NCBI GenBank assembly: GCA_001600815.1
Contig: BCKZ01000001.1
Coordinates: 2,132,662-2,196,661 of the forward strand
Origin: Alloascoidea hylecoeti
Taxonomy: Eukaryota
Reading direction: 5' to 3'
Length of the DNA stretch: 64,000 nucleotides
Part shown: positions 34,034 through 44,915 of the stretch, in pieces
Numbering within the stretch: position 1 is the first letter of the stretch
Layout of the letters: each line of letters starts with the position of its first letter
Notes under the pieces: generated by a model
Database searches by the model: none
The model's input: only the letters and a program-made list of their open reading frames with translations
Told to the model about the DNA's origin: nothing
Position numbers and translations under genes: made by a program

Positions 34034-34601
34034 AAATAGTATCATTATAATCTGTTTAATCTCACAATTCCGATAATATTCTTTTACTTTTTTTAATTCT
34101 TGTAGTGGTGTGAGCGTTTTTCTAAGGCCTATTGTATTGATCTTGAACTTCCTAGTTCCGAGCTTTAAACTCCGTTTTCATCACTCAAAATGCGTTGAAA
34201 AGTATTCTATTGGCATCATAGAAGATATCTACATACTCATAAAGTTTTATATATTTAAATTTGTGCTACAGTCGCATAGTAAAATATGATAATCGAAGAG
34301 GTCTATACGCTATCTGGATACATTAAATTTATATCTTTTCAATTCTCACTTTTCACCGCAAGTGTAACCTTATAAAAATATCTAAACTATTTTATAAGCA
34401 TTGGGACATAATATCATACCCATATTACATTTTCCAGCTAATCATGGCCTTACTAAAATTTGAGATTAACATTGGAATTTGCGAGCTTGAAATACGCTTC
34501 TCTTACAAAAACACTTACACCACAACAAGAATTACTATAATCATTCATCAAACACATATTATAAGAATTGTGAAATCAAGTAGATTTCAATGATACTATT
34601 T
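34034..34601. repeat. Long degenerate inverted repeat (arms about 100-140 nt)
   Basis: AAATAGTATCATT..CTCACAATTC pairs with GAATTGTGAA..AATGATACTATTT. AATTCTTGTAGTGGTGTGAGCGTTTTTCTAAG pairs with CTTACAAAAACACTTACACCACAACAAGAATT (4 mismatches in 32). Confidence 0.8.
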
Positions 34602-37099
34602 CACAATTAGTGGTTGAAAAATGAATGGTAAACGAAATATGACATCAAGGTGGTAAACTAGTCTGAACTTTGGTGCACGTCGCTGAAAATGAACAAATTT
34701 TTTCACGTGTGATATTTTGGCCTCGAATAAACGAACTCAGAGGTATCGTAGTTGAATCTGGGGGATCTGGAAGTATCTAAATTGCATATTCATGCACTCA
34801 TAAGGTAAGCTGTATTATAGTATTATGGGCCTTCGCCGTCTCGTAACAGGGAAACTTCAATATAGATTTAGTGGAAATGAGAAAAGATTTGTTTTGCTTA
34901 TACATATAATAGTTATTAATTTTATCATGACCCGACTGATTCTTTATCAGACTAAAGTATTAAACGAGGTAATTAAAGAACAACAGTGAATTTTTACTAT
35001 TATGAAAGTGTAGATTTTTTTAGAGACTGACGAGAGTTGTGGTCGGTTTTTCTTATTAAGTATTCTTGTTCAGAATCCAAGAACTACTTAGTAGATTATT
35101 CTAAGACTATTATGAAAAAAAATTATATTAATTGCAAAAATTAGTACACAAATTTAAAGATAGATTTTTTGGAACGATTATGAAAAATACTTATACTCAT
35201 TGCAAAAATCAAAAAAGGCAAATACACAAATATACTACATTTAAAACAATTATCATATATAATTATTTTATTACTACATACTTGTATTAAGAGTAGAAAA
35301 TATCTTTGTGAAATAGAAAAACAGAACAACTTGTATTTATAACATACATGTATACATGTATATATAGTAATATCTATTACGGAAAAATATCATAACAAAA
35401 ACATTCTGCTTTGGTGGCTTGATACTTTACTATAAGATGAATTAATATGTGCTCGCTGATTGATTTTTCATTCTTTTATTCTCCTAATTTTTTATTCCTT
35501 TATTCTCTTAATTTTTTAATTTCTTTTTAATTTCTTTTTTGGATAGCGATTATGATGTTTTTGTTGGATACTTATTTTTACTATGCATCACTGTTTTTGC
35601 CAATACAATGATGTGCCTGTGAGATCATACATTAATGCTGAGCAAAATCATCTTTCATCTGATGATTGTTCGTTGGAGTTCCAATTCCACACAATTGCAA
35701 CATATTGGAACATACATGTACTCTACGAAAGCTGGTGGAGTTCCTGAAGGAGTGAATGGGTGCGGTGATCATATAACCTTAATATTATATGATAGCTACC
35801 GAACAATCACAACCCTAGGGAAAACCGTGACAGCCGTGGCTTACATAAACTTCATTCTATTTCTTATTACACAAAATCTAATTTTATGTTTGTCCTTAAA
35901 AAATCAAAGGGTTGATGCTCCGGCAGAGGTGACTTAAGTTTAAGTACTAGTGGATAACAAAATTGATACTTATGAAATGTTATGGTATACTAGAGATTTG
36001 GATATATTTGCTAGCCTATAGATAATCATTAGCATTATATCCATATATTCAATTCAGCTCATTCATTTATGTAGCGGTATAGCAAGGATATAGCGATTTT
36101 ATAGCTGAAGAATAACTTGTATTAGAAAGAGAGGGAAACTACTCACTATTTATAGGCTCTTAGGTAGCTATGGTTTAAGTTATATGAGAACCTAATAGGT
36201 ATAATTAAAGATGATGAGACAATATTCTTTTTGTTACAGATCGATAAGAATTGCAATTGGGATCTAGATCTATTTTGTTTTGTCGGAAGTAACATATATA
36301 ACGACCGTGGTATTAACATTTAATTATCGCGAGTAATTGTTATATTTTTATAGTAAGGTTCGAGATTTCAAAAATCTTATTTACGTAATATGGAGTGTTC
36401 TAATTGTATAGCTCTGAATTTTTAATGATGTAGTTAAATAGAATTATACAGGCCTATGCTTGACCTTCATCCGAATGATTTGATGATCCTATCGAACATC
36501 ATTAACACTACTATCTATCATTGCAATTGTTAACATTTATCTAATTAAGTAATTCTTCTAAATTTAGGTTTACTTAACAGCGAATCTTAAAAGTAGCTGC
36601 TAGCTATATATAGGAAATTATTAAGAATCGATAGTTGCAAGTTCATATAATATAGATATCGATTAATTAATATAACAATATAAAAATATTAAAATATATA
36701 CACATACAGGGAATGAAGACTTGCATGCCAAGTAAACTAAAAAAATCACAAAATCTTATACGAACCCTCTACTAATTGCAATATTGTACTAACGAAAGTT
36801 AATTAAGACTCTTTGGTGAGAAACGTAGATAACAGTTGTCCTTGAATATTAACTTACCAAGTTACAATTGCAAGGATTTCATATCTAATAATTAATACTT
36901 TTGTTAAATGATTCCATTGATCTGTTGTTATATTTTTATAGTAACCAAGTAAAATGTTATAGTTGAAACATAAGATAAAAAAGTGAAATACACGTGTATA
37001 ATGAGAAGTTATATACATAAATATGGACCAAAAAAATAATTATGATAAAGGCCAAAAAAAAGGAAGCTTAAGAGTGAAAATTTAAAAATAACTTATAAT

Positions 37100-37678
37100 T
37101 TATGAGACGGAAGGAGCAGATAATCGTTTAACACGTAAATTATTCCCACCCCAACGTTGGAACATTACTCCTAGTTGACCATCTTCATGTAATTGCTTAA
37201 TTTCATCACCTCCACCCCGTGTAACACCAGCAATAAATACATTTGGAACAGTTTTCCTACCTGATTTTTCAGCAATAAAATCTTGCAAGTCTGAGCCATG
37301 TGGATGCTTATCTAATTCAACATAAGCAGGGGGAGGAGTAATTTGATATTCTTTTGATAATAAATTTTTAACAAATTTACAATGAGGACAATAAGATTTA
37401 CTGAAAACGACAACCGGAGAAAACGATAGAATTTCTTTGTATTCTTTTGCGGGATCGAATGGTTGACCAGGGTCATTTGTTAAATCCTGTTTTGGTGAAG
37501 AAGTCTGCTTTTGGTCTGTGGCTTCAAGATCTAATTTAACTTGAGTTTCATCACTTTCAGCGAAAAGGACAGCATTCTGGCGAGCGTTGGTGAGGGTGAT
37601 TATTGCCAGACAGATAGTTATTGCTATGGCTGACAGCACCAAAGTGCGGATTTTACGTGTTCTGTTCGTGGAGGTCAT
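37100..37678 (-). CDS. Secretory-pathway glutaredoxin (Grx6/Grx7-like) with signal anchor
   Basis: N-terminal TM segment, FSKSYCPHC, ELDKHPHG, RKTVPN, GGGD; first ATG at 37678. Confidence 0.85.
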   Translation of the reverse strand: MTSTNRTRKIRTLVLSAIAITICLAIITLTNARQNAVLFAESDETQVKLDLEATDQKQTSSPKQDLTNDPGQPFDPAKEYKEILSFSPVVVFSKSYCPHCKFVKNLLSKEYQITPPPAYVELDKHPHGSDLQDFIAEKSGRKTVPNVFIAGVTRGGGDEIKQLHEDGQLGVMFQRWGGNNLRVKRLSAPSVS

Positions 37679-37849
37679 TCGCGGAGGAAGGAGGCAGCAC
37701 AGTACAGCGTAGAATATGGAAGGAACGGGGTGCACGGGTGTTTCCTTGGACAGTGCCACGTGACCAGAAAAGTTTAACGTTAAAATCCATTAAATTCAAA
37801 TTTCAGACTTCAAAGTTGGTTCCGTCCAGAAAACATACGCAAATTGAAA

Positions 37850-39613
37850 ATGGTGGGCATCCCGCTGGGCATCCCGCAAAGTATGCTGGAGGCGCTTCCC
37901 GAGAATCGCTGCAAAGTCAGTCTGCTGCAGGGCTTCAGGGCCACCCTCACCCCTCTGCCGCACCCTGCCGCGCCCTTGACCCCCCGCCAAATCTCTGCCA
38001 GCAACTCAGCTCCTCAATTAAACGAGTACAAAGTCTCCATTTCAGCCAGTTTGGATCTGCTGGAGTTGCGAAAGTCTTTGGCCGCCCAGGAGATCGCCGA
38101 TATCGACGACAGAATCGCTTTGCTACAGAACAAGCGTGAAATCGTATTTGACAGAGTTGCCAATTTGGAACAGGAGGAAATGCTTCTCGAATCAAAACTG
38201 CCGGATATCGAAGCAAGATTGCAATATCTGCAACTGAACCCTCCGGCTACCACTCCCGCGCCCGGATTAAAGGTTGTTACCACAGGAAATAACGTTAACG
38301 GCGATTCAACAACTGTCACCACTCCTGTCTCGTCCGACCGTGAAGGAGACGATTATGTCAATGTAAACTCTTTCTTATCTCAATCAATCTATGGTAAATT
38401 AAATTCTCAGGATCCTTTAAATAATGACCAAAAATTCACTAAAAGATCAATTCCATCCCGTAAAACAAATCCAACCTTACAAAAATATTATGAATCTGGT
38501 GCTAATATTTCTACTTTTCGTGGTCATCAGGATTCAATAACTTGTTTTGATTTTGATTTGCCATTTGGTACCTTAGTTTCTGCTTCTTTAGATAATACTG
38601 TTAAAATTTGGGATATGAGTAGACAAAAATGTTTAGGTTTCTTAGAAGGTCATAATTCTTCTGTTTTATGTCTACAAATGGAAGATAATATTGTTGTTAC
38701 TGGATCCGTTGATGCTACTTTACGTCTTTGGGATTTAACTAAAGTTGATCAAGTACAACCATCAATAAGTACTGATATAAGTACCACTTATTCTGATGAA
38801 ACTCAATTACAAGATGAACCCTTTTTTGACACTTTAAATGAAGAAGATGAAGAATTAGATGATTCAAATGGTTGTGTTCATGTTTTTGAAAGTCATGTTG
38901 GTGAAGTAACTGCTTTAAACTTTAATAATTATACTCTAGTTTCGGGTTCTTCCGATAAAACTATACGTCAATGGGATATTCAAACAGGTAGATGTTATCA
39001 AACTTTAGATGTTTTATGGGCTTTATCAAGATCACATATGCCTGGTACTGCTATTGATAATAACTTAAGTTCTTCAGTGAATATGAATTCTTCTTGGGGC
39101 ATGGGTTCTCATATAGATAGTCCAATGAATGATGATAATAATAATCATAAACCAACTTTTATTGGTGCCTTACAATGTTTTGACGCCGCTTTAGCAAGCG
39201 GTACATCCGATGGAATAGTACGGCTTTGGGATTTGAGAACTGGTCAAGTTCATAGATCATTAACTGGCCATACAGCGGCAATAACTACATTACAATTTGA
39301 TGATAAACATTTGATAACTGGTGGGTTTGACCATACAATTAGAATATGGGATTTAAGAACCGGTTCAATAATTGATGCTTTTGCTTATAATTCTCCAATT
39401 ATTAATTTACAATTTGACTCCAGTAAAATCGTTTGTTCCAATATGGAAAATACTGTTAAAATTTATGATAGAAATAATGAAAGACATTGGAGTTGCGGTC
39501 CAGGTGTCGATGAAAATAATGCAAACGCTTCAATTGTGGAATATACAAGGTATAAGGAAGGTTATTTGGTAGAAGGAAGAGCCGATGGAATGATTGGTTC
39601 CTGGGCTTGTTGA
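37850..39613 (+). CDS. MDV1: Mitochondrial fission adaptor Mdv1/Caf4 (coiled coil + WD40)
   Basis: SLLQGF helix, coiled coil, DFDLPFGTLVSASLDNTVKIWD, ALQCFDAALASGT.DG.VRLWDLR. True start uncertain. Confidence 0.88.
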   Translation: MVGIPLGIPQSMLEALPENRCKVSLLQGFRATLTPLPHPAAPLTPRQISASNSAPQLNEYKVSISASLDLLELRKSLAAQEIADIDDRIALLQNKREIVFDRVANLEQEEMLLESKLPDIEARLQYLQLNPPATTPAPGLKVVTTGNNVNGDSTTVTTPVSSDREGDDYVNVNSFLSQSIYGKLNSQDPLNNDQKFTKRSIPSRKTNPTLQKYYESGANISTFRGHQDSITCFDFDLPFGTLVSASLDNTVKIWDMSRQKCLGFLEGHNSSVLCLQMEDNIVVTGSVDATLRLWDLTKVDQVQPSISTDISTTYSDETQLQDEPFFDTLNEEDEELDDSNGCVHVFESHVGEVTALNFNNYTLVSGSSDKTIRQWDIQTGRCYQTLDVLWALSRSHMPGTAIDNNLSSSVNMNSSWGMGSHIDSPMNDDNNNHKPTFIGALQCFDAALASGTSDGIVRLWDLRTGQVHRSLTGHTAAITTLQFDDKHLITGGFDHTIRIWDLRTGSIIDAFAYNSPIINLQFDSSKIVCSNMENTVKIYDRNNERHWSCGPGVDENNANASIVEYTRYKEGYLVEGRADGMIGSWAC

Positions 39614-41252
39614 TAACAGCAACAACATATGCATAACAATTTACAACAATATAAAAAATACAATAATATGGCTAACAAGTTACGAGCTTGCAATTGATAG
39701 ATTTACATCTTTTAAAAACATAATTGGTTACAAATGTGTTTATGCATGCAAGGAATATCAATATAAATCTCTTTTTTTTTCTTTTTTTTTTTTACTTTTC
39801 ATTCATGGTGGTCCATTTTACAATTAGAAAAGGTTTCATTTATCATCATGTATACCATATCATCTCATATTTGCATTCATATATATAGAAAGGGAAAAAG
39901 AATAATTGCACATCAAACAAATAAATAACAACGATAAAGAAACAAATACTAAATTGTAATAAATAAAGACAAATCAGTCGAATTTCTCAATATGAACTTG
40001 CCAATGTTAATCATTATTCATAAATTTATAATTTATAATTTAAAGATTATCATATCATATTTATTAAATAATTCAATCGACAACAACATAAATAAATCTC
40101 TATTCAAATCAATTTGAATCAAACCATCCAAGGCCGAATCAGTTTAAACATGATATTATATATAAATATAGCTATATGAAGAAAAAAAAAATAGAACAAT
40201 TAACCGTTTTTATATTTTATGATCAATAACTTGTTTTTCCTCTAATTTAAATTATTTTCATATGTCACCTTACACATTTATATTATGTGTAAGTTCTTGT
40301 TCTTATTCTATAATTCTATATCCTATGTTCATTTTTTGCTCTTACACTTTGTTCATATTTTTCTATTTACACGCTCTTTCTCTCCTTTTAATGATTTCTA
40401 ACGAAAAATCTATAAATGTTCATGGGTATAATTTGACATTCATTTATTGCATGAAGATTAAGATTAATATTGATCTAATTGTTTTTAGAAATGTTTTTTC
40501 TCTCTTCTAACTTTTAGCTAGAGTTTTTTTATATTTCATACATAAAATATAACTCATAATTAAAACTTAGTTACTTCGTAAAAAAACACTTGGAATTTTT
40601 TTAATGGTAAGGTATAAGCTATATTATGGTAAAGTTTACATCTATTATTATGAAAATTTCTCAATTATTTTACTATTTTTCTCCTATTTTAATAAACCAG
40701 GACAAACTTGCAATATAATGAGACACCTATTTTTAATCAATAGGATCTTATCAATGAATCAGATGTGACATCAAGTAGCAGTTACGATCAATTGATGGTA
40801 CCATTTTAGAGTCATTCTTTAAATGTCTTTACTGGGGAAGTCAGTTTACATTTTTATTTTGCCTTTGTGTTCTTTGCGATATACGTACATATATTTAATT
40901 AATTATATAAATATCATAGTTCATCGCCCTCGTACGAGTAAGGGTATTCAATGCATTCTTAGTTATATACCAATATAATATGTGACTCTAGAGCAAATAT
41001 TTTATATATAAACGGAAAAAAGCCAAAAAAAAGCCTAATCTTTTATTAAATATAAAAATAATTCAGCCCGTTATAATAATGTATGTATTAATAATATACC
41101 GGTAGTTACAGATTATCTTTGGAAATTCTGCCCATAATTGAAATGATTATTTATGTATGGCATCTTTCTAATAATCTACATTAAATTCGTAGTATAAGTT
41201 AACAGTCATAAAATAATATCTAAGTACTACTTTGAATTAATTAAAGGATCAA

Positions 41253-41938
41253 TTATGCCCGCAAAGCTCTTAACCTTTCACTTAATTTATCCTCAGTCTC
41301 ATCAATAGTAGGTCCAGTTAATGGTTCCTCAGTAGCCGCTGCTTTTGAATCCAAATTATGCTTTAGTTCTAATCCATTCTCATCAGCAACCTTTTGTAAT
41401 AATACGTCAACATCTTCCTGTGGCGTCGTAATAGCACTAGCATTATTCGTAGCATTTTCATAATATGAAGTTGAAACGTCCAAGTCCTCAAATTGTGTTT
41501 CAAATTTATCCATAACAAATGAAATTTTCTCCATATTCATACTCCGTAGTGCTCTGTCCATACCTTTAACAACCCCGGCCATATTTCCAGTAACAGTACG
41601 CATGGTAACTGCGGTTTGGACACGGGATGCTACGGCATCAATACGGGATGCTAATCGTAAAAGGTTTAATCGTTCTGATTTCTTACGGATTGCGTTTTGG
41701 GCATAAAGTTGGGCTATATCATTATTACCTTGTGTTAATGCTTTCTTAACTTTTGCTGTTTCATTTTTCTCATCACGGGCTGCTTTTGCAGCCTGTTTAT
41801 TTAATTGCTTTGCTGTGAATTTAAGTTGAAAGAGTGAGTCTGTTTCCAAAAAACAAAATCGATTTGTTAGTATAAATGATGAATGATATCGAAAAAATAA
41901 AAATTAAGAAAAGAAAACATACTTTCTAGTCCCGACAT
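41253..41938 (-). CDS. DID2: ESCRT-III-associated Did2/Vps46 (CHMP1), 2 exons (41938-41923, 41839-41253)
   Basis: MSGLENSLFQLKFTAKQL, YAQNAIRKK, SRVQTAVTM, C-terminal LSERLRALRA; intron GTATGT..CAG. Confidence 0.95.
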
Positions 41939-41964
41939 TATATAAGCAATATGATAGATAAGGC

Positions 41965-42004
41965 AATAGGAAAATAGGAAAATAGGAAAATAGGAAAATA
42001 GGAA
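41965..42004 (+). repeat. Tandem repeat (AATAGGAA)x5
   Basis: Five perfect 8-mers starting 27 nt upstream of the DID2 ATG. Confidence 0.95.
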
Positions 42005-43870
42005 CAATCAGTGAATAGTTTGATGGTAAAAAAGATGATGGAAGGAGGATTGCCACTTTTGATTATACTCAAAGCTTTTATTTTTGCTGATTATGTAAGT
42101 AAGTCTAAGTTTATCAAGACGAAGCAGCCACCATCATAATCAAACATGTTTTCTAAACTCTCATAAAGAGGAAAGGACGACAGCTGATAGGGACGTAAGA
42201 ATTTAGAGGTTTTATATACGAATAATTAATATTTCTATTTCTCACTTTCTTCCATTATCATGAGGATGAGACATATGTATTGCTATAAGATGGACTTACG
42301 TACTACAGCCTTGTTAGAAAATAATACACAAAATTCAAATTCATTAGACACTCGTAAAGAATCTATGGTGGTTTACCTCGGACTTATTCCGAGAAAATTA
42401 AAGATATTTGGAATAAATTAGAATCATCTAGTTTCTTCGACAAATAGTTTAGAAATGGAAGCCGATTTAAAAAATAAAACAAATGAAAAGTAATATTAAT
42501 ATGAATGAGTAGGATAAATTTATTAGAACTGACAAGTTTCCAAATTATCAGTTATGAGTTAAGGAAAATAATCCTGAAATTTTAGGTCTTCATACAATTT
42601 TGAATCAATAAACGAATCAGAATATGATCTAGTCCCATTAAAGTTAAACGATATCGATTGATGGTCCAGGTTATTTATCAAAAACAGGTCTTTTGGTTGA
42701 AGGTCCTTCATTTTATCATCAGACATAAACCTTATTCTCGGAATAGTGTTATTTTCTTCGGTATTCACATTCTTCAGGATCAATTATTTTAACTACTGAT
42801 TCAGCAGGTAACTTTTATGCATTTCTTGAATTATGTTTTCAAAAATTTGAACAATTTAGACATTTACCATTTTATATCATATTGTGAACATTATATTTTC
42901 AAAATTTGCATCACAAATAATATATTATCAAAGTAGAATCTTTAATTTAGCATCAGTGTTTATAGGTAATGGATGGGCCATTGGCTCCTCTTATGGCATC
43001 TGATAAACTTGATATACAATATAATATATGTACCATCTGTTAGTGGATTTATGTTATCAAACTAAAACACCATTTATTTGTGCCCCAGCAGCATTCTACT
43101 TTGACAGTGATGAATCCGGAAGGAATACGTATCCACTTAATTTTGGCCATATTTTGAGTTAAATATTAGTACATAAGATTGCTAAACATTTGGCATATAA
43201 CAAGGCTGAATCTTTAATTCGAATAGTGACCAAAAAATTAGTTCAAAAGATGGCCGAATATATTTTGTATCGCGTGGTAAGCTCGTCAATTTCCCCTTAG
43301 TTAGCTATAGGTATATCATCTTACTTCTTAAATCTCAAGTTTACATAGTTCATTCTTCCCTGCATAATTGCGTATTAATTGAACTTTGTTCAATATCGTT
43401 CTTGTTTTCAGTTCTCTCGCTGCTTGTAGCTAACCTTAAACAAATCCGGCTACAATAATTTTCTAAGCACTATTAATACGAGCCATTTGAAGATTTCTAT
43501 CGAACAATAGCTATAGCCTTTGACTGGAGTTGTATTCCACTATTGCTTTGGTTGTGTCTCGATTTCTCCTTTTCTAAATCATGATCCTTTAAATGGTTCC
43601 GATTTAGATACATTGATTAATACTGTAAATTTATGAACGGTTTAATTCAAACTATTATATATAATTATGTACAGAATATTATAGCAGATAGTTGATGAAG
43701 TAAGACGTAACAATATTTGCTAGAATCATAATGTCTTATATGTGAAAATTATTATATACACTCTAAACATAGTGCAAATTCACGTATGATTGTCTCCAGA
43801 TACAATGAAAAAATAAAAAAGAATTAATCAAACACATTGGTATGAAGTAACATTGTAACACGATTAGGGA

Positions 43871-44695
43871 CTATCTTCGAGTTGATGATTTAGAGTATTT
43901 GATCACCAGCGTATTCCCACCTAAAGTAGAATCACATAAACCTTTAATAGAGTTTGTTGCTTCTTCAATCGAATTAAAATTCACGAATGCAAAACCTTTA
44001 ATTTTTTGGGTGATTCTATCTATAGGCATATTAACAGCACAAACATCACCAAAAGGTTGAAAAAGTCTCAAAAGGTCGTTTTCTGTAGAATCATATGGTA
44101 AATTAGCAACAAAAACGGTATTTACAGGTTCAAGCTTAGTTTCGTCTCTTATATCATTTTTAGACCTGGATCTTGATCTGGAGTGTGATTTAGCAGCATG
44201 AAGAGTATAACCGTTATGAGTAGAGCCCTCCAGTTCTCCAATTGCCCTTTCAGCATCTTCAAGTTTCGCAAAAGTTGCAAACCCAAATCCCTTAGAAACA
44301 TTATATAATGGATCTATTGCAATATGAGCTGTTTCGACTTCACCATATTTCTGAAGATTTTCTAAAAACTGGTCATCAGTAAGTCTTCTATCTAAGCCAA
44401 CAACAAAAACAGTTCTATTGTTTTTTTCAGCTTCTGCAGTATCAAGCTCTTCATCAAATTCATCAATTTTTATACTTGTAGAATGTATTGATCTTAATGA
44501 AGCTAAACAAGAAGAATACGGAAGCATCGAAAATTTCTGGTTGAGTGTATTTAAACAGTGCGAATTATATGGTCCATTAATCGGTGAAGGAGTACGGACA
44601 TTATATGTAACGGATAAAGCAAACCGCTTAGCGACAAGCTTTTGGGCAAACCTTTGGATGAATTTATGAGAAAGCTTGTGAGATAAGCCGGACAT
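43871..44695 (-). CDS. Two-RRM RNA-binding protein with probable mitochondrial presequence
   Basis: RNP2/RNP1 pairs VFVVGL/KGFGFATF and VFVANL/KGFAFVNF; first ~75 aa basic and hydroxylated with no Asp/Glu; RS linker. Confidence 0.75.
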   Translation of the reverse strand: MSGLSHKLSHKFIQRFAQKLVAKRFALSVTYNVRTPSPINGPYNSHCLNTLNQKFSMLPYSSCLASLRSIHSTSIKIDEFDEELDTAEAEKNNRTVFVVGLDRRLTDDQFLENLQKYGEVETAHIAIDPLYNVSKGFGFATFAKLEDAERAIGELEGSTHNGYTLHAAKSHSRSRSRSKNDIRDETKLEPVNTVFVANLPYDSTENDLLRLFQPFGDVCAVNMPIDRITQKIKGFAFVNFNSIEEATNSIKGLCDSTLGGNTLVIKYSKSSTRR

Positions 44696-44915
44696 TTGAC
44701 TACGATAATGTATGAAAATGTACCATATATTGAAGCAGCGTATATCTCAGAACCAACTCGGACAAAATATTTACGTTTTTCTGATAAACACATTTCGCAC
44801 AGTAGAAGTATGAGGAAATGATACGTGAACTCCTATAAATGTACTATAAATGCACTATGCGTAGGAGCAACCAAATCTTTGTTCCGCCACAAGTTCACTT
44901 CTTCATCTTTAGAAA

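Noticed and set aside
35978..36294. TGTTA...TAACA as a solo LTR
   Set aside because: Flanks (TGAAA vs TATAT) give no target-site duplication, and these pentamers are common here.
37621..38322. Cluster of overlapping ORFs around the GRX/MDV1 junction
   Set aside because: Explained by locally high GC lowering stop frequency.
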